Shown here one piece after another: positions 39,616-52,900 of a stretch of 64,000 nt of DNA. The DNA is from Mobula hypostoma (lineage: Eukaryota). A program made the translations under genes and the position numbers. The notes below the pieces were generated by a model, which was not told the origin of the DNA, made no database searches, and saw nothing but the letters and a program-made list of their open reading frames with translations. The DNA is taken from contig NC_086108.1 of the NCBI RefSeq assembly GCF_963921235.1, positions 100,256,001 through 100,320,000 of the forward strand, read 5' to 3'. Each line of letters opens with the position of its first letter. Position 1 is the stretch's first letter.

Positions 39616-41789
39616 TACCATCACCATTGTGTTGACGCGGATCTCATTCAAAATAGACCAATCTTTGGGCTTTTTAGTATTGATGTTATTGAGGAAGATA
39701 TGTTGAGGAAAAAGACAAGTAAATGTGTTTAAGAGCTTAATCAGTCCTTCCTGTTTATGTCTGTTATCCTGGTTACTCGCTGACTCACTTTTTATTTTAA
39801 CCTGATCACTCTGTTTTATTCTTCGCACATAAGAGACTTGTAGGGACAGACTTACATCCCCAGTAGACAAGCCAACAATTATGGATTTAAGGTAATCTGT
39901 AGAGGATGAAATATGAATTGAGGATATGTTTTCTCAAAAAGATGGCGAATGTCTGGAACTCACCACCTGAGAGGACGGGATGGCAGCAGAAACTTGGGTA
40001 ATTCATATATAATTTATTAGAGTCATAGTAACTACAGCACAGAAACAGCCCTTTGGCCCATCTAGTCCATGCTAAACCATTTAAACTGACTACTCCCGTC
40101 AACCTGCATCAGGACCATAGCCCTCCCATACCCCTCCCATCCATGTACCTATCCAAACTTCTCTTAAACATTGAAATTGAATTTGCATCCATCACCTGCA
40201 CTGGCAGCTCATTCCACAGTCTCACCACTCTCTGACTGAAGCCATTTCCCCTCATGTTCCCCTTAAACATTTCACCTTTCACTCTTAACCCATGACCTCT
40301 CATTGTAGTCTTACCCAACATCAATGGAAAACGCAAACACGAGGAATCTGCAGATGCTGGAATTTCAAGCAACACACACAAAATGCTGGTGGAATGCAGC
40401 AGGCCAGGCAGCATCTCTAGGAAGAGGTACAGTTGATGTTTCGGGCCAAGAAATATTTGCTTGCATTTATCCTATCTCTATCCCTCATAATTTTGTATAT
40501 CTCCATCAAATCTCCCCTCAACCTTCTACATACTAAGTATAAAGTTCTAACCTATTTAAACTTTCCTCATAACTCAGGTCCTCCAGACCTGGCAACATCC
40601 TTGTAAATTTTCTGTTATTTTTCAATCTTATTTACAATCTTTCTGTAGGCAGGTGACCAAAACTGCAAACAATACTCCAGATTTGGCCTCACCAATGTCT
40701 TATACAACTTCAACATAACATCCCAACTCCTGTACTGAGTACTTTGATCTGTGTGCCAAAAACTTTCTTTATGACCCTATCTACCTGTGATACCACTTTT
40801 AGTGAATCACATATGTTCTTGTATAATTTATAATATGTACAGTGTTGTGGTCTGAACCTATATGCCTATGATGGTCCGGGGTACTGTAAACAAGTTTTTC
40901 ATTGTATTTATGCCTCACCATAACAATGCCATGGATGGTTCAAGCCTGGCTATGAAAGAAGGAGGGCTGGGCTTGGGGCGAACAACCCCATCCCGCAAAA
41001 ACCTAGAACTACAGAAATGCCATCAGAGGCTCTGGAGATCTCATCCCTGGGAGAGGATGGATCTTCACCTAGAAGGCAGTAAAAAGATGGACGTTTGAAG
41101 GACTGGCCTGGGATGGGGTTTCTGGTGAGCTATTGATAGCAGCCTATGCTCCAGTAGGGTAATGGGCATAATGTAATGTAATGCACCTCACTGTATTGCT
41201 GCACATGGCTATAAATTTGATTTCGTTTGAACTGCAATCACATTTTAAAAAACTTGGACTTGCCTTTGATGTGCCATAAATTGTAGGCTTTCCGAAAAGG
41301 GAATATATCCAATCATGTTTTATTTGCCTTACGTTTGTATGGTTTTATGATAGTTATTTTTGTACTATTAGCCTGTGTTCAAATAATTAATTCATTTTCA
41401 AGAATGCACTATGAGCATACAAGGAGAAATTCCACTGGCGACCAGCATGAAGCGATCGTCCTACATCAGTTAGCGGTGGGTCTCCACACTTCCTTTGTAT
41501 GAACTGACACGTCTGCAGAATCACCAAAGGAGTGCAGGAGGCCATTCAGTCCATCAAGCCAACACCTGCACCATGCCTGTGCAATTTAGCCTGCCCCCAC
41601 TGCTCTTTCTCCACAATCCAACAAATTATTTCCTTTAGTAAATGTAATTTCCTTGGATGGCAGTCTATTCTCATAGAAACAGTACTTGGCTATAGAAAAT
41701 ATACATCTAGCTGACATGGATGTACAATTAAATAAAAGAGAGAAGTGGCAATATAAATGAAGGTCAGAATAGAATGAAAGGGGGAGGTA

Positions 41790-42435
41790 TGGCCTTGGTA
41801 TGCTGGCCTTTATAAATCAGAGCATTGAGTATAGGAGTTGGGATGTAATGTTGAAATTGTATAAGGCACTGGTGAGGCCAAATTTGGAGTATTGTGTACA
41901 GTTCTGTTCACTGAATTATAGGAAAGATGTCAATAAAATTGAGAGAGTACAGAGGAGATTTACTAAAATGTTGCCTGGGTTTCATGTCCTAAGTTACAGA
42001 GAAAGGTTGAACAAGTTAGGTCTTTATTCTTTGAAGGTTGAGGGGGGACTTGATAGAGGTATTTAAAATTATGAGGGGGATAGATAGAGTTGACGTGGAT
42101 AGGCTTTTTCCATTGAGAGAGTGGGGGAGATTAAAACAAGAGGACATGAGTTGAGAGTTAAAGGGCAAAAATTTAGGGGTAACATGAAGGGGGAACTTCT
42201 TTTCTCAGAGAGTGGTAGCTGTGTGGAACGAGCTTCCAGCAGAAGTGGTTGAGGCAGGTTTGATGTTGTCATTTAAAGTTAAATTGGACAGCTATATGGA
42301 CAGGAAAGGAATGGAGGGTTATGGGCTGAGTGCAGGTTGGTGGGACTAGGTAAGAGTAAGAGTTTGGCACGGACTAGAAGGACCAAGATGGCCTGTTTCC
42401 GTGCTGTAATTGTTCCATGGTTATGGTTATGGTTA
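41790..42435 (+). mobile_element. CR1 LINE 3' fragment
   Basis: LYKALVRPNLEYCVQF...ERVQRRFTKMLPG; (ATGGTT)n tail. Confidence 0.88.
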
Positions 42436-44329
42436 CATGGCAGGATCTGGTGGCTGCAGATCAGTAAATCTTTCCTATACATGAACATCAATTTCTCTAA
42501 TGTTTACTAATTTCTCCCCCCTTCCCTTTTCTTCCATTCCCCTTTCTTGCTCCTCTCTTACCTCGTCTATTTTCCTCACCTGCCCATTCCCTTCCTCCTT
42601 CCCTTTCTGCCACGGTCTACTCCTCTCCAATCAGATTCCTTCTTCTTCTTCAGCCCTTTACCATTTCCACCTATCACCTCCAGCGTCTCAGTTCACGCCC
42701 TCTCCCCCACCCACCTGCCTTCCCTCACACCTGGTTTCACCTATCACGTTCTGGAATGTACTCTGTCCCCTCCCCCACCTTGTTTTTCTGGCTGCTTCCC
42801 CTTTACTTTCCAGTCCTTTTGAAAGGTCTCAGACTGAAACGTCGACTGTTTATTCTTCTCCATCCATGCTACCTGACCTGTGGAGTCCCTCCAGCATTTT
42901 GTATGCGTTACTCGTTCAAATACGCGCCTTGTCCAAACAAGTGCAAGATCAAGTCCAGTTTATTGTCATTCAGCTATACTCCTGTATACCGCCAAATGAA
43001 ACAGCCTTCCGCCGGACCAAGGTGCACAATACAGTACATATAACTCTTACACATAAGACACAAATTAATATTACCACAAATAAATTTTAAAAAATAAGCC
43101 GCATTTACGACACAAGTTAAAAAGTAAACAGTGTAGCGCTGTTGGTGCTTCATACGCAATGAGACCTGGATGGTGGCTGGAAATTCAGTAGCCTTACGGC
43201 CTGGGGGAAGGAGCTGACGGTTCCCATTCCAACGGTTCTTATCCTAATGCCACGCTACCTCCGGCCCGATGATAAGGGGTCAAGGAGTTTGTTGGACGGA
43301 TGGGAAGGATCACTGACAATGCTTATGGCCCGGCGATCCTGATAAATAATTCCAATGGATGTAAAGAGAGGTCTCGGCGATCCTCTCAGTAGTCCTCGCA
43401 ATCCTTTGTGGCGATTTGCGGTCAGAATCCTCATTCTCCCCCTCCCCCGCCTTCAGAGAACCACAGGATGGGACCGGTGCAGATTTCACTCAGATGCCTG
43501 GCTTCGGCTGTACAAAAGCAGATGTCTCTGAGCGTGTTACATTGTGCAATGTAGCACTACTGAGGGGGGTTCAGATGGAGCCACGAACCACAAGAAAGAT
43601 ATCAATTCCTCACCCAGATTGTGTTATAGCCTATTAACGCACTCTGGAGCATCTGTTTTATATAAATTATTCCTCTTTGGGTCGCTTCCAAATTCGTCAG
43701 TTTTTTTTTCCTTCTCTCAGTCTGACTGTGCCGGGCAAGTTCATTAAGACGGCCCTCGGAGATGTTACTAAACCTACCGGTGATTAAGTGTTACTTATTT
43801 TCATAAGGGGGGAGGGAGAACTTCTCACTCCCACACCAGTTAATTAATAGACCAACCAGGCCCCACCCTTGCATTCGAAATGCTGCATCTCCTCCAGAGT
43901 GGGATGCACCGAAGAAAGAAGAAACGGTCTGTGTAAAATAAAAACGGCGCCTTCAATCTCACCCAGAATGTTGTTTTCTTTTGCTTGTCCCGCGAGTAGA
44001 CTCGTTTTATTTTCTTTCTCTCTGCTTAATTCTGCATAGAATCCCCCCGAACATTACAGTAACATAAAATCTCCTCATCAAATTCCGCGCCAAAAATGGA
44101 GATGGCATAGAGGAAACCGGGGAGAAACTACAAGTCAGATACTAACGGGCCAATATTTGCAGTACGATTAAGACAGATATTACGAGACTAGAATGAATGA
44201 AATCTTTTGGAGCTTTGCAGGAACAGATCGATATTCTTTAAACATTCTATAAGTATAAATACTGTGTTTAATATATGAGGCGTTAATGTTTGGTGGCCCT
44301 GGGCCTGTACCCCTGGAGTTTAGAAGAAT

Positions 44330-44334
<5 letters not shown>

Positions 44335-44372
<38 letters not shown>
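44335..44372. repeat. (TG)n microsatellite inside a CR1 fragment
   Basis: Directly visible. Confidence 0.95.
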
Positions 44373-44378
<6 letters not shown>

Positions 44379-46124
44379 CGGGGGGTCTCAATGAAACTTA
44401 TCGAATATTTAACGGCCTAGATAGAGCGGACTTGGAAAGGATGTTTCATATAGTGTGGAAACAGATCGCACAGCCTCGGAATAGAAAGGCGTCCCTTTAG
44501 AGTAGAGGTGAAGAGGAATATCTTTAGCCAGAGGGTGGTGAATCTGTGGAAACCAAGTCATCGGTATATTTAAAGCGGAAGTTGATGAGTTCTCTTGTTT
44601 GGAAAATGTGTCAAAGGTTACGGTGAGAAGGGGTTGAGAGGGACAATAAATGATCTATGATGGAACAGTGGCGAGGACTCCATGGACTGAGTAGCCTAAT
44701 TCTGCACCTATGTGTTATGATATTAAACTGCCCAGGGATTGTAGATTTAACATCTACCAACATACCTTGAGAAATAAGCGTCATGTGTCGGTGGTATGGT
44801 TATTTGTATTGCAAATAGGTTTCTTTTAACACTGTGATTAACTTGACTTCACAGCGGTAGTTCGGAGACTAAATTAAACTGAGCGTACATCATGAGCGTT
44901 ACACCATCGGATCTCAATCAGAAGCCGCCTTTATCCCGACCCTGTAATCTAATGAACAGAGAGGCGCGTTTGACAGCGTGTGTCTGAAGAAATGATAAAT
45001 TAGATTAAAACAATGGCAGGTACAGATGCCATTAGGGTGGGAACACATTGCCCACTCCCTCGGGGACACACTACCCTTTTGATGTTACCTGAAGACATAA
45101 ACCCATTTGAAAGCCACAACACATTCACATCCATCAGATTTTACCAGAACCGCGTCTCTCCCTGTTCGACGTACAATGATTCAATTGTCAGCAATCGCCG
45201 GAAACAGGAGTTGCTGTTTATTCCTTAACAAAAAAAAACTTGTACGTGATGTGCTCTGATCCAGGGACACCGCAACCTTAAAATACAGCCTGATTTATTA
45301 ATCGTGAAATATTTAGCTTTGTAGTTTTAAACAAAAAAAAAACTATGCTCGTTATATTTCATTCCTGCGTTGTTACGACATGCTGCTAAACACAGGGCTG
45401 TTAGATACCGACGCTGCGGCTTTTCTTTATGAATCAAACACTTAGAACAGACTACAAACGTTATCAATATGACTCGTAGAAGTTAAAGTAGATTTTGCTA
45501 TAAAATTACTGATAACCAAAGCAAAATATATATTTTACAAGCTCTCAGGTCAGTTTGACGTGATTGTATACTTCAGCTTCTCTAGATAAAAGCCAATGTT
45601 TTGCAGTGGACTTAAAGAAGACTGCAACTTGCAGATATGGTTGCCCCCCACCCCAAGAGTAACATGCTGGCGTGGTCCGGGCGGACAGGTGAAGTGTCGT
45701 TGAGCCAGTTTGAATGATAATGACCATGACAGGCGGAGTTCCACGCTGCCTCCCGGGTGTGCGCGACACTCTGATCTCCGATCCATATTCTTCCCGTGAA
45801 ATAAGGGCCGGGTGTTGACAAATGATGCCAGGAGCTGCCAACAGTTGCAAAGTCCTGTATTGTTTTCCTTCCGCGTGTTGATGTCATTGTTTAGTGAGTT
45901 GTCAGATCATTAAGGAAGTTGGGGATTGTTAAACCATCGAGCTGAGTTGCTCCAGTATAATCTTACTTGCATTTAAAATGGTTCCTTTTACCGGTTCACA
46001 GAGATGACACAGTTGTGGCCCAATATGAAAAGTAAGATAACCTTTGGCTCAATTCTTGATACCACGAAAATCTTCGCCACTTAAAAAACACGAAGATATT
46101 TTATATGGACATGGTGGTGGTAAC

Positions 46125-46662
46125 ATGTGTGTGTATGTGTGTGTGTGTGAGAGAGAGGGAGAGAGAGAGAGAGACAAAGAGAAAGAGTGTGTCTGTGTCC
46201 ATGTCTGTGTGAGAGAGAGGGTGGGGTTAGAGAAAGGGGAGAGTTAGAGAGAGAGAGAGAGAGAGAAGCGTGTGTTTGTGTGGGTGTGTTTGTACCTGTG
46301 TGTGAGAGAGAGGGGGGTAGAGAAAGCATTTGTATGTTTGTGTGCGAGGGAGAGTGAGTTTCTATGTGAGTGTGTGTGTGCAAAAGATAGAAAGTGTGTG
46401 TCTATCTGTGTGTGTGCATGTGTGTGGGAAAGTGAGTGGAAGTGTGTGGGGTTGTACAAGAGTTGGTATAACTGAGTGTTAGTGCACATTGGTGTATCTG
46501 AGTGTTGGTGCGTGTTGGTGTAGCTGCGTGTTGTGTGCTGCTATGTGTGAGTGTTGGTGTGAATATTTGTATTGCTGAGTGTGTGTGTATGAGAGAGAGT
46601 GTTGGTGTGAATATGTGTATCGCTCTGTGTATGCGTGTGCGTGTGTGTGTGTTTGTGTGTAG
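46125..46662. repeat. Compound (GT)n/(GA)n low-complexity tract
   Basis: Directly visible. Confidence 0.9.
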
Positions 46663-46817
46663 CGGGGATTGATGACGGTAGCATAAACCTCACGGTATAA
46701 AATGTTAAAGACTTGTATAACATGTGGCATTTTCGTGGACAGCCCAGATCCCAGACAATTGGTGTTCAGAAGGAGTTGTGTCCCGTAAACCAGATCATTC
46801 AGAATCACCCCAGAAGA

Positions 46818-47060
46818 TAGCACGGTAGCTCAGCGATTAGCATATCGATTAGCATAGCGCTCTTACAGCATCAGTGGGCAGGGTTCGATTCCCGCTGCTG
46901 TCTGTACGGAGTTTGTACGTTCTCCCCAGGACCACGTGGGTTTCCTCTGGGTGCTCCGATTTCCTCCCACGCCCCAAGGACGTATATATGGATGCAATTG
47001 GATTGCACGGGCTCGCTGGGCCACAAGGACTTGTTGTTGCGCTGAATCTCTAAATAAAAG
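46818..47060 (+). mobile_element. tRNA-derived V-SINE, HE1-like (other copies near 8140-8330 -, 10175-10350 +, 29340-29570 -, 33430-33700 -, 59390-59620 +, 61899-62060 -)
   Basis: A/B-box-like head (GGTTCGATTCCC) plus the V-domain GGAGTTTGTACGTTCTCCCC...GGGTTTCCTCTGGGTGCTCCGATTTCCTCCCAC. Confidence 0.75.
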
Positions 47061-47261
47061 TAAATAGTAAATAAAGATGGGATGTGATCTCAGGGTAAAA
47101 TTCCTGAGGTTGCTTGGAAGTGCTCAGCACCGGCTTGTACATTTCTGGCTGAAGGCCAGGAACAGCAAGCACTGTTTTTTTTTGACAGACTGCGGGAACA
47201 TTGATTTTACCAAGGTGAGGAATGGTGAAGAACGAAACACATCCCACTCCTTGTGCCGACT

Positions 47262-47835
47262 GAATCAGGTTTAGTATCGCTGGCGTATGTCGTGAAATTC
47301 ATTGCTTTGCAGTAGTATTGTAGTGCAATACATGAAAATACTATAAATTACAAAAAGAAATACATATATGTAAAATAAAGTAAATAAAGTTAGTTCAAAA
47401 AGAGAGCAAAAATAGCGAGGTAAGGTTCATTGGTTGACTCGTTGTCCATTCAGGAATCTGATGGCAGAGGTGAAGAAACTGTCCTAAAATCTGAACGTGA
47501 GTCTTCAGGCTCGTGCACCTCCTCACTGATGGTAGTAATGATAAGAGAGCACGCATCTCCTGGATGATGGAGGTCGTTGACAATGCATGCCACATTTTTT
47601 GAGGCATCACCTATTGAATTTGTCCTCGATAGCTGGGAGATTCTTGCCCATGATGGAGCTGGCTGAGATTGCAAACCTCTGCAGCTTTTTCTGACCATGT
47701 GCGCTGGCCCCTCTACGCCAGATGGTGACGTAAGCAGTTAGAATACTCTCCATGATACATCTGCAGAAATTTGCCAGAGTCCTTGGTGACATATCAAATC
47801 TTCTCAAACTCCAAACGAAATATAACCGCTGGCAT
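47262..47835 (-). mobile_element. Rex1/Babar-like LINE 3' fragment
   Basis: RRFDMSPRTLANFCRCIMESILT.YVTIW and DLHHPG motifs, followed by an AT-rich 3'UTR ending AAACCTGATTC. Confidence 0.7.
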
Positions 47836-47941
47836 GATCATATGTTTAAACACTCCTGACGGTACACACGCCATTGTTTACCAGCAAGGCGCATACAGTA
47901 CTTGCATTTCTCCAGTACCCAACAAAGCACCAGGCTCCCCC

Positions 47942-47944
<3 letters not shown>

Positions 47945-47976
<32 letters not shown>

Positions 47977-49978
47977 GGGTTGGCTTCGCGAACGAAGATT
48001 TAGGAAGGGGGCTGCCCACGTCTGCTGCAGGCTCGCTGGTGGCTGATGACGCCAATACGGGACAGGCAGGCCCGGCCACAGCGGCTATAAAGGAAATTCT
48101 GTTCTGGGTTTGGTGCTGCTGTGTCACAGTTCTTTCTCCTCCTTTTGTCCTCAATGCCAGCCCTGCGTGTTCTCGAAGGAGAAGACAGACTGGTGAATGG
48201 TGTGTCACCAGGCCTCGTGATCGGAGGCTAGATTAGGCCACTGGCGACGGTCAATGTGACAGGCACCAAGGGATTTCTTCAGAGAGTCCTTGTACCTCTT
48301 CTTCGGTGCCCCCCTGTCACGGTGGCCAGTGGAGAGTCCGCCATACAGCACAATCTTGGGCAGGCGATGATCCTCCATCCTGGAGACATGCCCTGCCCAG
48401 CGCAGTTGCGTCTTCACCAACATGGCCTCGATGCTGGTGATCTCCGCCTGTTCGAGGACTTCGATGTTGGTGACGAAGTCACTCCAGTGGATGTTGAGGA
48501 TGGTGCGGAGGCAGTGCTGGTGGAAACGCTCAAGGAGTCGTAGGTGGTGACGGTAGGTGACCCACGACTCAGAGCCGTACAGGAGGGTAGTCAGTACAAC
48601 GGCTCTGTACACGCTGATCTTTGTGCCTTTCTTCAAATGCTTGTTGTTCCAGACTCTTTTGTACAGCCTGCCGAATGCCCTGTTTGCCTTTGCCAGTCTG
48701 TTGTCAATCTCTTTGTCGATCTTGGCATCTGATGAGATGGTGCACCCCAGGTGGCTGAACTGGTGGACTGTCTTCAGCTCTACCTCACCGATGCTGATGC
48801 GGGGAGGGTGGTAATCTTCCTGAGGTGCGGGCTGATGGAGAACTTCTGTCTTCTTCAAGCTGACTTCCAGTCCGAAGAGCTCGGCAGCCTCTGTGAAGCA
48901 GGATGTTAAACGCTGCGGGGCTGGCTCTGGGCAACAAAGGCAGCATCGTCGGCGAAGAGTAGCTCTCGGATGAGTTGCTCCAGTGTCTTGATGTGGGACT
49001 GTAATCACCTCAGGTTGAACAGGCTGCCATCGGTGCGGTATCGGATGTAAACACCATCCTCGGCATCAAGGTCTTCTGTGGCCCTTTCGAGCATCATGCT
49101 GAAAAAGATGGTGAGGAAAGTCGGTGCGAGGTCGCAGCCTTGCTTTACTCTGTTGCCTATTGGGAAGGGTTCTGAGAGGTCGTTGTTGTGTCTGACTTGG
49201 CCACGCTGATCTTCATGTAGCTGGATGACCATGCTGAGGAACTTTGGGGGGCATTCCAGTCGTTCCATGATTTGCCACAGACCTTCCTTGCTCACAGTGT
49301 CCAACGCTTTGGTAAGCTGGACAAACGTCACGTACAATCCCTTGTTCTGTTCCCTACATTTCTCTTGGAGCTGCCTGAGGACAAATAGAACACAGAACAT
49401 AGAATAGTACCGCACATTACAGGCCCTTCGGCCCATAATATTGCGCCGACCCTCAAACCCTGCCTCCCATATAACCCCCCACCTTAAATTCCTCCATATA
49501 TCTGTCTAGTAGTCTCTTAAACTCCACTAGTGTATCTGCCTCCACCACTGACTCAGGCAGTGCATTCCACGCACCAGCCACTCTCTGAGTAAAAAAACCT
49601 TCCTCTAATATCCCCTTGAACATCCCATCCCTTACCTTAAAGCCATGTCCTCTTGTATTGAGCAGTGGTGCCCCAGGGAAGAGGCGCTGGCTATCCACTC
49701 TACCTATTCCTCTTAATATCTTGTATACCTCTATCATGTCTCCCCTCATCCTCCTTCTCTCCAAAGAGTAAAGCCCTAGCTCCCTTAATCTCTGATCATA
49801 ATCCATACTCTCTAAATCAGGCAGCATCCTGGTAAATCTCCTCTGTACCGTTTCCAATGATTCCACATCCTTCCTATAGTGAGGCAACTAGAACTGGACG
49901 CAGTACTCCAAGTGACTCCAAGTCTCTGTTCAGACCATGATTCTCTACCCTGTCGGTGGTGCCCCTGTTGGCTCTGAA
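47945..49978 (-). mobile_element. 5'-truncated RTE-clade LINE (RT, C-terminus, (GAT)n tail) interrupted by a CR1
   Basis: Frameshifted RT: FRANRGTTD / FVLRQLQEKCREQ...KQGCDLAP...FGLEVSLKKTEV...LLYGSESW...QLRWAGHVSRM...RLPKIVLYG; C-terminal CGRACLSRIGVISHQRAC; 3' stem-loop CTTCG-TTCG-CGAAG; (ATG)n tail at 47945-47976. Confidence 0.9.
49386..49915 (-). mobile_element. CR1 LINE 3' fragment nested in the RTE
   Basis: PHYRKDVESLETVQRRFTRMLP...LGLYSLERRRMRGDMIEVYKI; (GTTCTAT)-type tail. Confidence 0.9.
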
Positions 49979-52900
49979 AATATTTCTGCAGCTAATGTGA
50001 TATTTTTGAAGTGGCATCATTGTTTCAGGAAATGCAGGAACCAATACTGCCTGACAATGTGGCACCACGGGAGAAAGGGAAGGAGGAAGGACATCAGAAG
50101 GAGAGATGGGCAAAAGCAGGGAAGAGAATGGGTGAGATACAGAATGGGGAATGTAATAAAAGGGAAGAGGGAGGGGGAAGAAATTACCAGAAGTTAGAGA
50201 AATTGATGGGCTTTGATATATTCGGCTGAAAAGGCCTTATGTAGTCCACCATATTGAAAACAAAAGTCCCCAGCAGCATTGTATTGCATCAACTGAACAC
50301 TGGGGATGTTGGTGTATATGTTCAGACTCAAGGGACCTGAGTGAGGCTTGAACCCATTACTTTCTGATACAGAGGTGAGAAGGTTACCAAATAAACCAGG
50401 CTTAGGTTAATACTAACCTCAGAAGATAAACTCCTCATACACTATTGTGTTGACTTTCCCATTATAAGCCTGTTGAAACCACCTTGTCAATCTAAGTCAA
50501 TGTTACTTGTATGGCCAATACACTGCAGGGCACTTACAACTACTAGTAACAGTAGATTCTTATCCCATCATGGGACATTTATTGTTGGACATTGGAACTG
50601 AAAACACAATCCAAAATACTGTATATCATTAAGAAAAATATTGTTGTATACAACAATACTTGACATTTTTCAGTGCAGTTTTATACTAAAAGACTTCACT
50701 ATGGATGGCCAGTCCTAGGTCTGGCTGCAACCCCATACCATAAAAATCCAGTGCCATAAAAATGTCAACAGAAGCTCCAAAGACCTCATTCATGGGAGAA
50801 GAAGGATTTTTTGAGGATGAGTTACATCTGGGGACAACTTAGAAGACTGGCCTGGGACAGGACACTGGCGAGCTGCTGTCAGTGCCCTATGCCCCAGTAG
50901 GGGTGATGGTTTTGAGAAAATTATACTAAAATGGATGCATATTAAATACACATCTTTAATGCAAACAAATTAATAATGCTCCGCAGCTCAATGACGGAAT
51001 GCACATACTTTACATCTGGTATGGAGAACCAATGAGCTATTTGTGGAAATACTGTGTTGGTTGCAGAAGTGTGGCAGCACAATCTTAGCTGATATGATTT
51101 GATGCAAAATGACATGTTTCACTGTATGTTTTGGTGTACACATGATAAATAAAGCTAATCTTATTTAATCTTAAGGCATGCCCTTTTCTCAATGTTACCA
51201 TTGGATAGGAGGTACAGAAGCTGGAAGGCACACATTCAGCAATTCAGGAACAACTTCTTTCTCCTGCCATCCAATTCCTAGATGGACATTGAACCCATTA
51301 ACACTACCTCACTTTTTAAATATATATTATTTCTGTTTCTGCATGATTTTTAATCTACTCAATATACATATATTGTAATTGATTGATTGACTTCTCTCTC
51401 TGCTAGATTATGTATTGTATTGAACTGCTGCTGCTAAGTTAACAAATTTCACAACACATGCTGATGATAATAAACCTGATTCTGATTCTGATTACTTTGT
51501 TGGTAGAAGTGCACACTATTGCAAGGAAAAAGTGAACATATAAAATAAGTAGTGGGTTCTTCTATGGAAATTACCTAATCTTCTCATTACATTGATTACA
51601 GATACTTACAAAACACCAAATTCAAGAGATTCTGCACATGCTGAAAGCTTTGAGCATCACACACACACACATCCTGGAGGAACACAATAGTTCAGGCAGC
51701 ATCTATGGAGGGGAATAAACAATCATTTGATTGTTTGGGATGAGAACCTTCATCAGGACTTGATAAGGGGTCTTAGCCCAAAACATCAACTAGTTATTTT
51801 CCTCCATAGATGCTGTCTGACATTATGAGTTCCTCCAGCAGTTTGTGTGAGTGTTGGTGGGGGGGGGGGGTTTGGTGCTTTTGCTGGAGCAAGTGGGGGA
51901 GGGGCGATGTTTTATGTTGCTGCTTGTGCGTGGGAGGGGAGGGGCTGTGGGGTTCTAATATTTCTGTCATCCATTCTTTTTTTTCTGTTGTGTGGAGGTC
52001 TGCGAAGAGTAAGAATTTCAGGTCGTATACCGTATACATTCCCTGAAATTAAATTGAACTATTAAAATAAACCTCCAGTGTCCACTTTCTAACACAAGTA
52101 GAGCTGCTGTAGATTTTTTACACACTTTCAAAGTACAATTATTAAGTTAGTTATTATTTAATTTTTGTTGTTGGAAATATTCATTTTGAATGAATATGTT
52201 TCTGCTGCTGGAATGCTCACGACCTTATATGAAATTGCTCTTCTTTTGATATAATTTTAGTATAATTACATACTAGTTTACCCGAGCTTTTATGTTATAT
52301 AATGCACCAGATCAGTCAATGGCTACTTATTATCTTTGCACCTCAGACACACAATCGGACCTCTCTGCCCTCCGAACTGGTGAAGTACTGCATCCCGGAT
52401 TCTAAAAGCATCAGCACACGTCCATTGTTTCAAATGTTAATTGCTCATTACTCTACAGTATTAGGTCACATTACATCACCGCTTTTTAAAGTCCCGCTCG
52501 CTGACATAACCGAAGCCTCCAAAGCATTAGCGAAACTGATTTTAAATATGAGTGTTTGGAATCATCTTTTTCCCCCCACCAGCGCCGTTTTCTGAAGTTC
52601 ATTGACGAAGTAAATCATCTCGCATGTGTGAAAATTATCTTTTTTTTACACTTTAGGAAGTTTTAATGAACGCACGTCCTTCGCGTGACGTTATCGGACA
52701 ATTCATGTGAACAACCAGTGCCATCCCAAAATAAGTTTAATGCGGCAGGGACGCTGAATCGTCAATTTATGATAATTGTCATCGATGACATTTCAGATCC
52801 TAAATGGACATTGAACCTTTGGACACTACCTCACTTTTTTTTAAATATCCAGTATTTCTGTTTTCGCACGTTTTAAAAAATCTACTCAATATACATAATT

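Noticed and set aside
42500..43090. 196-aa ORF
   Set aside because: Low-complexity pyrimidine-rich Penelope-like repeat plus LINE tail; no domain.
46044..46823. His/Thr- and Cys/Val-rich ORFs
   Set aside because: Translation artefacts of (GT)n/(GA)n repeats.
46818..46900. tRNA-like sequence
   Set aside because: SINE head continuing into a V-domain; no complete cloverleaf.
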